Part shown: positions 1-6,140 of the stretch, in pieces
Layout: the number at the start of each line of letters is the position of its first letter
Position numbering within the stretch: the first letter of the stretch is position 1
DNA from: a virus
Lineage: Duplodnaviria > Caudoviricetes
Strand: one strand, 5' to 3'
Virus record (IMG/VR): IMGVR_UViG_3300032243_001851
Span: 1-26,967 of that record
DNA length: 26,967 nt
The notes under the pieces: generated by a model
Databases searched by the model: none
What the model was told of the DNA's origin: nothing
Seen by the model: only the letters and a program-made list of their open reading frames with translations
Position numbers and translations under genes: made by a program

Positions 1-98
1 CCATACCACTTCTCAGCCTGTCTCAGAGCATGATAGGTGTTGTAGGCTTGTACATAGCCCATTACCCTATAACCTTTCATCACAATATAAGTATCCAT
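1..98 (-). CDS. small hypothetical protein, runs off the window edge
   Basis: Hand-translated MDTYIVMKGYRVMGYVQAYNTYHALRQAEKWY...; ATG lies 2 bp beyond the stop of 101..643; not in the ORF track. Confidence 0.6.
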   Translation of the reverse strand, partial: MDTYIVMKGYRVMGYVQAYNTYHALRQAEKWY

Positions 99-100
99 AT

Positions 101-643
101 TCATATCATGTTCCTTTTCACAATCTTTCCACATGAACCATATTTCTCCACAAAACTATCAAAATTATCATAATAGTACATATTCATATTGTCGCAATAA
201 CCATCAAAAATCGGAGTATATCCCTCTTTACCCCGTTTAGCATTATTTTCCTCGGCCCACAAATCGATCATATCAGAATGGGTCCATTTAATCTTTACGC
301 CAGTGGGGGTCAGAAACATTAAAAAGACCACATCGCACAATTCTGGCTTAATCTTTTGAAAATAATAATAAGCACGATTCCCCCTGATCTTGATTGAAGA
401 CATCTTAACTTCAACCTTAATCTTACTATCGACCAGAATATCAAAATCACTACTAGAACCATAATGCTGCACAACAAACCCACTCATCATAAGTTTTTTA
501 ACCAGCATCTTCTCCCCAAACAAACCCCTGTCCGTACTATTTAACAGATTAATACGATAGGACAGCTCATTCTTTTCCACAGAATAAATCTTTTCCTTGA
601 CCAATTCAGCCTCGACCTCTTTGAAATCAGCTATTGTGAACAT
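101..643 (-). CDS. PD-(D/E)XK-type nuclease-like protein
   Basis: G.FGE...FDILVD...VEVK pattern (E..D..ExK) typical of restriction-like nucleases; own promoter at 686-714. Confidence 0.6.
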   Translation of the reverse strand: MFTIADFKEVEAELVKEKIYSVEKNELSYRINLLNSTDRGLFGEKMLVKKLMMSGFVVQHYGSSSDFDILVDSKIKVEVKMSSIKIRGNRAYYYFQKIKPELCDVVFLMFLTPTGVKIKWTHSDMIDLWAEENNAKRGKEGYTPIFDGYCDNMNMYYYDNFDSFVEKYGSCGKIVKRNMI

Positions 644-685
644 TGCTTGGGCCTTTTTTGTTTGGTATCGTTCTTCGATGTTCTT

Positions 686-714
686 AGGATACCATCACTA
701 TCGGCAACTGTCAA
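686..714 (-). promoter_or_regulatory. sigma70-type promoter
   Basis: TTGACA-17-TATCCT; GCCGATA in the spacer. Confidence 0.7.
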
Positions 715-732
715 TAGATTTATAAAATTAAT

Positions 733-814
733 CGTAAACCCATACGGCTTAAGGAGTTACGTCAAATTTGGCCCGCCGCCCGCGTCCTAAGTCCTTTGGT
801 GTCAAAGGGTTAGG
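733..814. repeat. composite intergenic element copy 1 (palindrome pair only)
   Basis: 29-bp palindromes at 733-761 and 786-814, 53 bp start-to-start; no sigma54 box seen. Confidence 0.85.
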
Positions 815-844
815 AGTTGGGCATTCTTTGGGCAGAAGCTGCTA

Positions 845-1249
845 CTAGAACAAGAGGCTAGCAATCTTACTGGTAAACAGCGTACCAGCGAGCAGCGGCT
901 TGCGACAATTAGTCACACGCTCTGCATAGAAGTTACGCACCTTGCCGTCAAACGTGCGACAAGTTACCAGATGATTCGTGCGAATGAAATTGGGATCATT
1001 AGCACGATACCGACTCTTCCTATTCAGCTTGCGAATTTGATCAGCAGTAAGCGTCTGCTTACCGATAACCTTAGCAAGGAACCGCTCATGAGTTCCATGC
1101 AATGGCTGTTCGTAGGTAAAGTTGAAAACCTGACCCTCAACAGCATTAGCAAGGCTAGTTCTAGAACCGCCATAGACAGCATAGAACAGGAAACCAGCAA
1201 CAACAGCAGCAGCAGCAAGAAGACCACCGATCACAAACAAATTATCCAT
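845..1249 (-). CDS. membrane-anchored protein with a WYL/Sm-like C-terminal domain (134 aa)
   Basis: Start moved to ATG 1249 (AAAGGG SD; the track's TTG start is the -35 box). Hydrophobic N-terminus, FNFTY..., and GKVRNFYAERV resembling the WYL R.F..DRI motif. Confidence 0.55.
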   Translation of the reverse strand: MDNLFVIGGLLAAAAVVAGFLFYAVYGGSRTSLANAVEGQVFNFTYEQPLHGTHERFLAKVIGKQTLTADQIRKLNRKSRYRANDPNFIRTNHLVTCRTFDGKVRNFYAERVTNCRKPLLAGTLFTSKIASLLF

Positions 1250-1289
1250 ATCAACCCTTTCGTTAGAAAACAACCGTTCAACTCTCAGT

Positions 1290-1318
1290 ATTCTACAACT
1301 ATTATCGACATTTGTCAA
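1290..1318 (-). promoter_or_regulatory. sigma70-type promoter
   Basis: TTGACA-17-TAGAAT; GTCGATA in the spacer. Confidence 0.8.
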
Positions 1319-1614
1319 GCTTCAACTTGAACAAAATTTTCTTTCCAATACTCTTGCATTTCTGCAAGGTTCACCGCACTATCATTCCATGCCACCATAT
1401 CGGGAGTCTGAAAAGCGATAGCCCTATAAGCATTTGACACTTTTCCAGCATGAAAATCTTCTACGGTATTCACTTCCTTCAAAGTCTCAGTAAATGAACC
1501 ATAGTCATCACAAGAGGCCGCAAGTTCGTGCAGACCTTGATCATTACTAATCCAAAGACAAACATTCCAAGTTTGATAATTAGCATAACCATTATATGTA
1601 GCATCGGGACTCAT
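1315..1614 (-). CDS. conserved phage hypothetical protein (YNG..NY.TW.V.LWI.ND motif)
   Basis: N-terminal motif recalled from uncharacterised phage proteins; start overlaps the upstream stop. Confidence 0.75.
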   Translation of the reverse strand: MSPDATYNGYANYQTWNVCLWISNDQGLHELAASCDDYGSFTETLKEVNTVEDFHAGKVSNAYRAIAFQTPDMVAWNDSAVNLAEMQEYWKENFVQVEA

Positions 1615-1841
1615 TAGAAATCCTCCCCATAGTAATCATGGAAAGCGTCTATATCATCACCGTAATGGCCGTAGTCCTCGTCGGTTCCCCATCCAGCGGA
1701 TGACAACGCACTGTCATGATCGCCATCCATACTATCATCATACGAATCATCAGCATCCTCATAAAAATCATTGTGATCGTCGTAATTCATATCATCCTCC
1801 AGAGCGTTATCGGGATCGAACAGGGGGTCAGGATGGCTCAT
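1614..1841 (-). CDS. very acidic small protein
   Basis: 75 aa, Asp-rich, DGDHDSALSSAGWGTDEDYG motif; AAAGGA SD. Confidence 0.75.
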   Translation of the reverse strand: MSHPDPLFDPDNALEDDMNYDDHNDFYEDADDSYDDSMDGDHDSALSSAGWGTDEDYGHYGDDIDAFHDYYGEDF

Positions 1842-1866
1842 GTTTCTTTTCCTTTCTTATAGAGAC

Positions 1867-1894
1867 AGTCTATCAAAAAAAGCTAGCTTGTCAA
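1867..1894 (-). promoter_or_regulatory. sigma70-type promoter
   Basis: TTGACA-16-TAGACT. Confidence 0.65.
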
Positions 1895-1898
1895 GAGA

Positions 1899-2045
1899 CT
1901 ACCACCCATTCCGGCGGTACTCTTCTCTCAAATCCTCTTCCTCTTCCATCTGGCGACGAGTAACAGCCGGACCTTCGCCGGTCAGGTAAGCGTCACGAGC
2001 AGCATCATAGCCGTCATCCGAATCATCATCATATCGACTCATCAT
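1899..2045 (-). CDS. acidic 48-aa protein
   Basis: Hand-translated MMSRYDDDSDDGYDAARDAYLTGEGPAVTRRQMEEEEDLREEYRRNGW; GAAGGTG SD and own promoter; not in the track. Confidence 0.7.
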   Translation of the reverse strand: MMSRYDDDSDDGYDAARDAYLTGEGPAVTRRQMEEEEDLREEYRRNGW

Positions 2046-2068
2046 TCACCTTCTCTTTCTTTCACTCT

Positions 2069-2097
2069 ATCCTACACTACTATTATCGGCTTGTCAA
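2069..2097 (-). promoter_or_regulatory. sigma70-type promoter
   Basis: TTGACA-17-TAGGAT; GCCGATA in the spacer. Confidence 0.75.
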
Positions 2098-2117
2098 ATG
2101 TCTTTTCTTGAATCTTT

Positions 2118-2291
2118 CTAGATTGAAAGATTGTCCGAATACTCTTCTGGCACAAAATCGTCCACCACACCGACAATATCGGCCCAGTCCCAAAAATCAA
2201 CTTCCACGTTGGGATCGTCAATCGGCTCAACAATCCCCTCGTCCACCATGCCAGCCAGAATCAGATTGATTTCATCAAAATCGTGAAGCAT
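2118..2291 (-). CDS. acidic 57-aa protein
   Basis: Start moved to MLHDFDEIN (AAGGA SD, downstream of promoter 2329-2356). Confidence 0.7.
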   Translation of the reverse strand: MLHDFDEINLILAGMVDEGIVEPIDDPNVEVDFWDWADIVGVVDDFVPEEYSDNLSI

Positions 2292-2328
2292 TGTTGGTTT
2301 CCTTAGTGGTTTCCCTTGTGATGCTGTC

Positions 2329-2356
2329 ATTCTACAGTATTTATCGGCCAATGCAA
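2329..2356 (-). promoter_or_regulatory. sigma70-type promoter
   Basis: TTGCAT-16-TAGAAT; GCCGATA in the spacer. Confidence 0.65.
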
Positions 2357-2389
2357 GAAAAATCTTTGGAATTTTTGAAATATAATGTC

Positions 2390-2521
2390 GTGCCAAATGA
2401 GAAATATTTTTGTGGCACAGCGTTTGCGTCAAAACTTGTCGTAAGTCTATGCTATCAAAGGAGTTACGATTTGCGGGGCGGCAAAAATTTGCCCTAAGTC
2501 GTTATAGGGCAAGGGTTTGCG
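2390..2521. repeat. composite intergenic element copy 2
   Basis: TGGCAC-AGCGT-TTGC at 2413-2427; palindromes at 2440-2468 and 2493-2521. Confidence 0.9.
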
Positions 2522-2522
2522 T

Positions 2523-2597
2523 TCAATTGGCTATCCAAGCAACAACACAACCCGCAATAAAACAAACAGCCCACAGAATATTATCCTGATTATTCAT
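2523..2597 (-). CDS. 24-aa hydrophobic peptide
   Basis: MNNQDNILWAVCFIAGCVVAWIAN; starts 1 bp after the upstream stop; not in the track. Confidence 0.55.
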   Translation of the reverse strand: MNNQDNILWAVCFIAGCVVAWIAN

Positions 2598-2598
2598 T

Positions 2599-2703
2599 TT
2601 ACCTATCCTTATATAATGGAAAAACCAATTCGGCAACCCATACACTACAAACCACACCCACAATCCATCCAATCCCCACACTGATCCAGTCTAAATGATA
2701 CAT
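2599..2703 (-). CDS. 34-aa single-TM peptide
   Basis: MYHLDWISVGIGWIVGVVCSVWVAELVFPLYKDR; AGGAG SD; promoter at 2738-2765; not in the track. Confidence 0.65.
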   Translation of the reverse strand: MYHLDWISVGIGWIVGVVCSVWVAELVFPLYKDR

Positions 2704-2737
2704 CCCTGTATCTCCTATGCTATTTGGTTATATCGTC

Positions 2738-2765
2738 ATTATACTGCATAAACTTAATTATTCAA
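2738..2765 (-). promoter_or_regulatory. sigma70-type promoter
   Basis: TTGAAT-16-TATAAT followed by GACGATATAA. Confidence 0.65.
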
Positions 2766-2854
2766 CCTAACAATATCGAAAGGTTCCCATAGCTCGCTGA
2801 CTATACCCAACTTGCCCAAACCCGAAGGGTTAGCTGAAACACGCAGACTATCTC

Positions 2855-3103
2855 CTATGCGTGATCGTGGCATCTTGTGCAGATTCCGTAATCGCTAATT
2901 GGAGCATCACAGCATGGACTAGTCTCCGTCAATTCTTCACAATTCTTATAATAGAGAGAACGATACTCTCCGTTGTCAAGCTTGACCAACAAGAGCCTAC
3001 CCTTATTCTCGACAATCCTATCCTTCTCCAGCGTACCATGGTACTCGCTACGCTTGCCAGTGGAATCGGTATAGATGGTATTGATTGTGCTTCCGATAAA
3101 CAT
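2855..3103 (-). CDS. small Sm/WYL-like beta protein with a C-terminal Cys cluster
   Basis: Y.D..G...LLVKLDNGEYRSLY, then SPCCDA...GICTRCHDH. Confidence 0.6.
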   Translation of the reverse strand: MFIGSTINTIYTDSTGKRSEYHGTLEKDRIVENKGRLLLVKLDNGEYRSLYYKNCEELTETSPCCDAPISDYGICTRCHDHA

Positions 3104-3145
3104 TTTACTTTCTCTCTTTCTTACTTTCTTTCTTCTGTCCTATTC

Positions 3146-3184
3146 CTTATATCGACATTATACAGGAACCTTCTTGAACGTCAA
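3146..3184 (-). promoter_or_regulatory. sigma70-type promoter with conserved downstream box
   Basis: TTGACG-16-TATAATGTCGATATAAG. Confidence 0.8.
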
Positions 3185-3228
3185 CTAAAAAATTTCCTTG
3201 CAATGTCGTAAGGTTTGCGGCCAAGTTT

Positions 3229-3337
3229 TGGCACGGGCTTTGCGTTTTAATTCGTCATAAGTTGTTATGCCACAAGGAGTTACGTCAAATTTTGCGGCGA
3301 AAATTTTTCCTAAGTCCTTATCCCACAAGGGTTTGCG
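3229..3337. repeat. composite intergenic element copy 3
   Basis: TGGCAC-GGGCT-TTGC at 3229-3243; palindromes at 3256-3284 and 3309-3337. Confidence 0.9.
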
Positions 3338-3502
3338 TCAAGTTTTTTCGCTCCTCCACCTATACAAAAGTTCACGGGCCACAACTCTAATGCGGTTTTT
3401 TACAACCCCCCTTTGTAGGTAGTGCTTTGTAGTTTCAAGCCTAATCTGTTCGGCCCGCAGAATATCTTGAAGTGTACGGGTGTTTACTGTAGCATAATCC
3501 AT
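3338..3502 (-). CDS. basic 54-aa protein
   Basis: Hand-translated MDYATVNTRTLQDILRAEQIRLETTKHYLQRGVVKNRIRVVARELLYRWRSEKT; AAGGA SD; stop abuts the palindrome; not in the track. Confidence 0.65.
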   Translation of the reverse strand: MDYATVNTRTLQDILRAEQIRLETTKHYLQRGVVKNRIRVVARELLYRWRSEKT

Positions 3503-3504
3503 TT

Positions 3505-3837
3505 TTATTCCTTCCAAGCAAACGGGGAAACTTCCTCACCACAAGCCAAGATAGCTTGATACTGTGAAGCCAGAGCCTCGACACGCTCACGCGAACCCGG
3601 CTTGCCAGCCTTGACGATCATAGTATCCTCACCACCGATATAGCGAGGATCGGCCTTTTCCTTCCTTATCTTACCCATATTCTTCAAGGCTTTCCGATTG
3701 AATTTGAGAATCTTCTCGGAACGGATTGGACCATACACCCCATCCGCAAGGGAAGGTTGATGGGGAACAGCAATTCCAAGGAAACACAGTCGGGCTTGAC
3801 GCTTGGCATTTTCGACGATAGGGAACTTAGCTTTCAT
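3505..3837 (-). CDS. hypothetical protein (110 aa)
   Basis: ORF with purine-rich leader and promoter; contains GKPGSRERVEALA. Confidence 0.75.
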   Translation of the reverse strand: MKAKFPIVENAKRQARLCFLGIAVPHQPSLADGVYGPIRSEKILKFNRKALKNMGKIRKEKADPRYIGGEDTMIVKAGKPGSRERVEALASQYQAILACGEEVSPFAWKE

Positions 3838-3862
3838 GGGTATCTCTCTTTCTTATATGGAT

Positions 3863-3890
3863 ATTATACCAAATCTTTTTTGCTTTCCAA
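3863..3890 (-). promoter_or_regulatory. sigma70-type promoter
   Basis: TTGGAA-16-TATAAT. Confidence 0.6.
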
Positions 3891-3910
3891 CCCCCCTTAT
3901 GGGTAGCCTA

Positions 3911-4114
3911 CTAAATTTTCCAGCAGGCGAAAACCAGCGTAAACTGCATATTCGGATACTTTTCCGCAATATACTTTTCAGCCGTAGACTTCCTATTGTC
4001 CGTAGCTCCCACACCTTGAACAATCTTCCCATCCATCACAACATTCCAAATCTTACGCTTCCGAATCTTAGGAAGGCTTGCAAGAAAACCATTAACGCTA
4101 GTAACCTTTTCCAT
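3911..4114 (-). CDS. basic small protein, paralog of 5849..6055
   Basis: 52 of 67 residues identical to 5849..6055 by hand alignment. Confidence 0.85.
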   Translation of the reverse strand: MEKVTSVNGFLASLPKIRKRKIWNVVMDGKIVQGVGATDNRKSTAEKYIAEKYPNMQFTLVFACWKI

Positions 4115-4143
4115 TTTTCTTTCTCTCTTTCTTTCTTCTTCTT

Positions 4144-4183
4144 CTTATATCGACATTATACCAGACGAATCTTTAGAAGTCCA
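4144..4183 (-). promoter_or_regulatory. sigma70-type promoter with conserved downstream box
   Basis: TGGACT-17-TATAATGTCGATATAAG. Confidence 0.7.
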
Positions 4184-4213
4184 GCAAAATCTTTCCTTAC
4201 AATATCGTAAGGT

Positions 4214-4435
4214 TCAGGCAAAATCCTCTTCACCACAGCAATCATCATCCGTACCCCATTCGCCGTCGTCAAGGCCCGGAATGTAGTCGGCCTCATCTTC
4301 CGGAATATCTTCCACCACACTGCACCACTCTTGGCATTCCATACAAATTCCGATTCGGTCCTCACCCTCGCCGGATTCAAAACCACAACCAGCACCACAG
4401 CAATCAGACACCAGATCGTAATTCAGATATTCCAT
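4214..4435 (-). CDS. acidic Cys-rich small protein
   Basis: SDCCGA...GICMECQEWC, then acidic tail with WGTDDD; GAGG SD. Confidence 0.7.
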   Translation of the reverse strand: MEYLNYDLVSDCCGAGCGFESGEGEDRIGICMECQEWCSVVEDIPEDEADYIPGLDDGEWGTDDDCCGEEDFA

Positions 4436-4464
4436 TTTCTTTTCCTCTTTTCTTTCTCTTTCTT

Positions 4465-4503
4465 CTTATATCGACATTATACCATGGATTCTTTAGGATG
4501 CAA
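4465..4503 (-). promoter_or_regulatory. sigma70-type promoter with conserved downstream box
   Basis: TTGCAT-16-TATAATGTCGATATAAG. Confidence 0.75.
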
Positions 4504-4549
4504 GAGAAATCTCTGATAGTTTCCTTGCAATATCGTAAGGTTTCTTAGA

Positions 4550-4691
4550 GCAAATATCGTGCCGAAAAAAGAATATTTGTTTTGGCATGGCAGTTGCGTC
4601 AAAACTTGATGTAAGTCGTTGGTACATAAGCACTTAGGAAAAATTTTGCGGCAAAAATTTGACGTAAGTCCTTTGGTGGTAAGGGTTTACG
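4550..4691. repeat. composite intergenic element copy 4
   Basis: Minus-strand CGGCAC-GATAT-TTGC at 4550-4564; plus-strand TGGCAT-GGCAG-TTGC at 4583-4597; palindromes at 4610-4638 and 4663-4691. Confidence 0.9.
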
Positions 4692-4725
4692 TCTCATTTT
4701 TGTGTATACAAATATTCGCCCCCTC

Positions 4726-4923
4726 TTAGGTGGCATGAATGAACACCCGTTCAGTTACTGTGTGATTGGTCACTGTCACGATCCAATTCTTTCCGCTACC
4801 ATCTTCACGCATGATATTGTTAATGATTCCAACATGAGCGTGTCCCTTAGTATCCAATACGCTACCATACTTGCCAGTACGCATAGCAGAAAAGATAGCA
4901 TCGAGATTGTTTGAAATTTTCAT
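4726..4923 (-). CDS. hypothetical protein (65 aa)
   Basis: ORF with AAGGG SD; contains I.REDGSG..W.VT. Confidence 0.7.
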   Translation of the reverse strand: MKISNNLDAIFSAMRTGKYGSVLDTKGHAHVGIINNIMREDGSGKNWIVTVTNHTVTERVFIHAT

Positions 4924-4924
4924 T

Positions 4925-4993
4925 TTATTTTCCCTTCTTCTGGTTCATTTCCATCACAATTTTCACAGTAATACCGATAGGATTGTTGCTCAT
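4925..4993 (-). CDS. possible 22-aa peptide
   Basis: MSNNPIGITVKIVMEMNQKKGK fills the gap exactly; ATGA overlap with the upstream stop. Confidence 0.4.
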   Translation of the reverse strand: MSNNPIGITVKIVMEMNQKKGK

Positions 4994-5205
4994 GATACAC
5001 CCATCCAAGAGGCATTTTCCACGCAATAATCATAAAACATATCATTCAACACTTCAACATAATTCTTTTCGGTCAAACGCCTACGATTTAGGATAGCCTC
5101 ACACTCTGCAAAATACTTGCCAGAAGCAACCTCATAAACAATCGTACAGGCATGGGATTCATCTCCCCAAATCTGAGCCTTAGTATCAATAAACTTTTTC
5201 ATCAT
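4990..5205 (-). CDS. hypothetical protein (71 aa)
   Basis: GAGGA SD; promoter at 5236-5263. Confidence 0.75.
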   Translation of the reverse strand: MMKKFIDTKAQIWGDESHACTIVYEVASGKYFAECEAILNRRRLTEKNYVEVLNDMFYDYCVENASWMGVS

Positions 5206-5235
5206 AAAATCCTCTTTCTCTCTTTCTTTCTTCCT

Positions 5236-5263
5236 ATTATACCTATTAATTTTTGCTTGTCAA
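5236..5263 (-). promoter_or_regulatory. sigma70-type promoter
   Basis: TTGACA-16-TATAAT, both boxes perfect. Confidence 0.85.
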
Positions 5264-5268
5264 TACCC

Positions 5269-5496
5269 TTACGGAAGATACATATCGCTCACAACGTTAC
5301 CGTTATCGTCGATCACAATCTCCCCACCATCATCGCAAAACCCGATTTCCTCGTCGATACTGATGGCATTGTTGAGAGATCTAACATGGTTGAGAAGATC
5401 ACCAGCGAAAAGAACCTCTCCAACCAGAGAGGGCATATCGTTGTTGTTCAGGAAGTTGGTCAGTTCAGCAACAGTGTTCAGCGTGATCATTTTCAT
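5269..5496 (-). CDS. acidic hypothetical protein (75 aa)
   Basis: AAGGA SD; acidic C-terminal half. Confidence 0.75.
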   Translation of the reverse strand: MKMITLNTVAELTNFLNNNDMPSLVGEVLFAGDLLNHVRSLNNAISIDEEIGFCDDGGEIVIDDNGNVVSDMYLP

Positions 5497-5523
5497 TTCC
5501 TTTTCTTTATCGTTCCCTTTTCT

Positions 5524-5562
5524 CTTATATCGACATTATACAGAGTATTCTTTAGGTTGCAA
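5524..5562 (-). promoter_or_regulatory. sigma70-type promoter with conserved downstream box
   Basis: TTGCAA-16-TATAATGTCGATATAAG. Confidence 0.75.
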
Positions 5563-5595
5563 GCGAAATTTTTGGAATTTCTCGAATATAATTTC

Positions 5596-5753
5596 ATGCC
5601 AAAAAGAAAAATATTTTATGGCACAACATTTGCTTTGTGCTAAGATAGGAGATAAAAACCAAAATACTGATCGTAAGTCGTTATGCCATAAGTACTTACG
5701 TCAAATTTTCGGGCAAAAATTCGTCGTAACTCCTTTGGCAGTAAGGGTTTACG
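5596..5753. repeat. composite intergenic element copy 5
   Basis: TGGCAC-AACAT-TTGC at 5619-5633; palindromes at 5672-5700 and 5725-5753. Confidence 0.9.
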
Positions 5754-5848
5754 TCGAGTTTTTGTACAGTAGTATACGGATTTACAGTGGTCGAAACTTT
5801 CCACTGTTTCTCAATCCCTGAACAAGAGTATCATAGTCGTTCGTGGTA

Positions 5849-6055
5849 TTAAATTTTCCAACCCTTAAACACAAGCGTAAACTCCTGATTGGGATACTTG
5901 CTGGCGATATACGCCTCAGCGGTTTCTTTTCGGTTATCGGTAGCACCGACACCCTGCACTACGTTTCCACCAATCACAACATTCCAGATTTTACGCTTCC
6001 GAATCTTGGGAAGCGAACCAATCAGACCATTCACACTCATAACCTTTTCCATCAT
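5849..6055 (-). CDS. basic small protein, paralog of 3911..4114
   Basis: Shares SLPKIRKRKIWNVV and VQGVGATDNRK with 3911..4114. Confidence 0.85.
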   Translation of the reverse strand: MMEKVMSVNGLIGSLPKIRKRKIWNVVIGGNVVQGVGATDNRKETAEAYIASKYPNQEFTLVFKGWKI

Positions 6056-6079
6056 CCACTCTCTCTTTCTTATGTCTTA

Positions 6080-6107
6080 ATTATACCATACTTATCGTCC
6101 ATTGCAA
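6080..6107 (-). promoter_or_regulatory. sigma70-type promoter
   Basis: TTGCAA-16-TATAAT; GACGATA in the spacer. Confidence 0.75.
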
Positions 6108-6140
6108 GCGAAAAATAAAATATTTTTGAAAAATAATTTT

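Noticed and set aside
1250-2432. Track starts at 1318 and 2432
   Set aside because: These TTG starts fall in a -35 box or in the repeat; downstream ATGs at 1249 and 2291 have SD sequences and follow promoters.
2819-2831. Small UUCG-loop hairpin (minus strand) as terminator or ncRNA
   Set aside because: The stem is very short and the U-tract weak; insufficient support.
971-6118. Plus-strand ORFs in the early region (e.g. 971..1330, 3803..4210, 5152..5643, 5363..5821)
   Set aside because: They shadow minus-strand genes and cross promoters and repeats; shared peptides such as LYRHYT simply translate the promoter motif.
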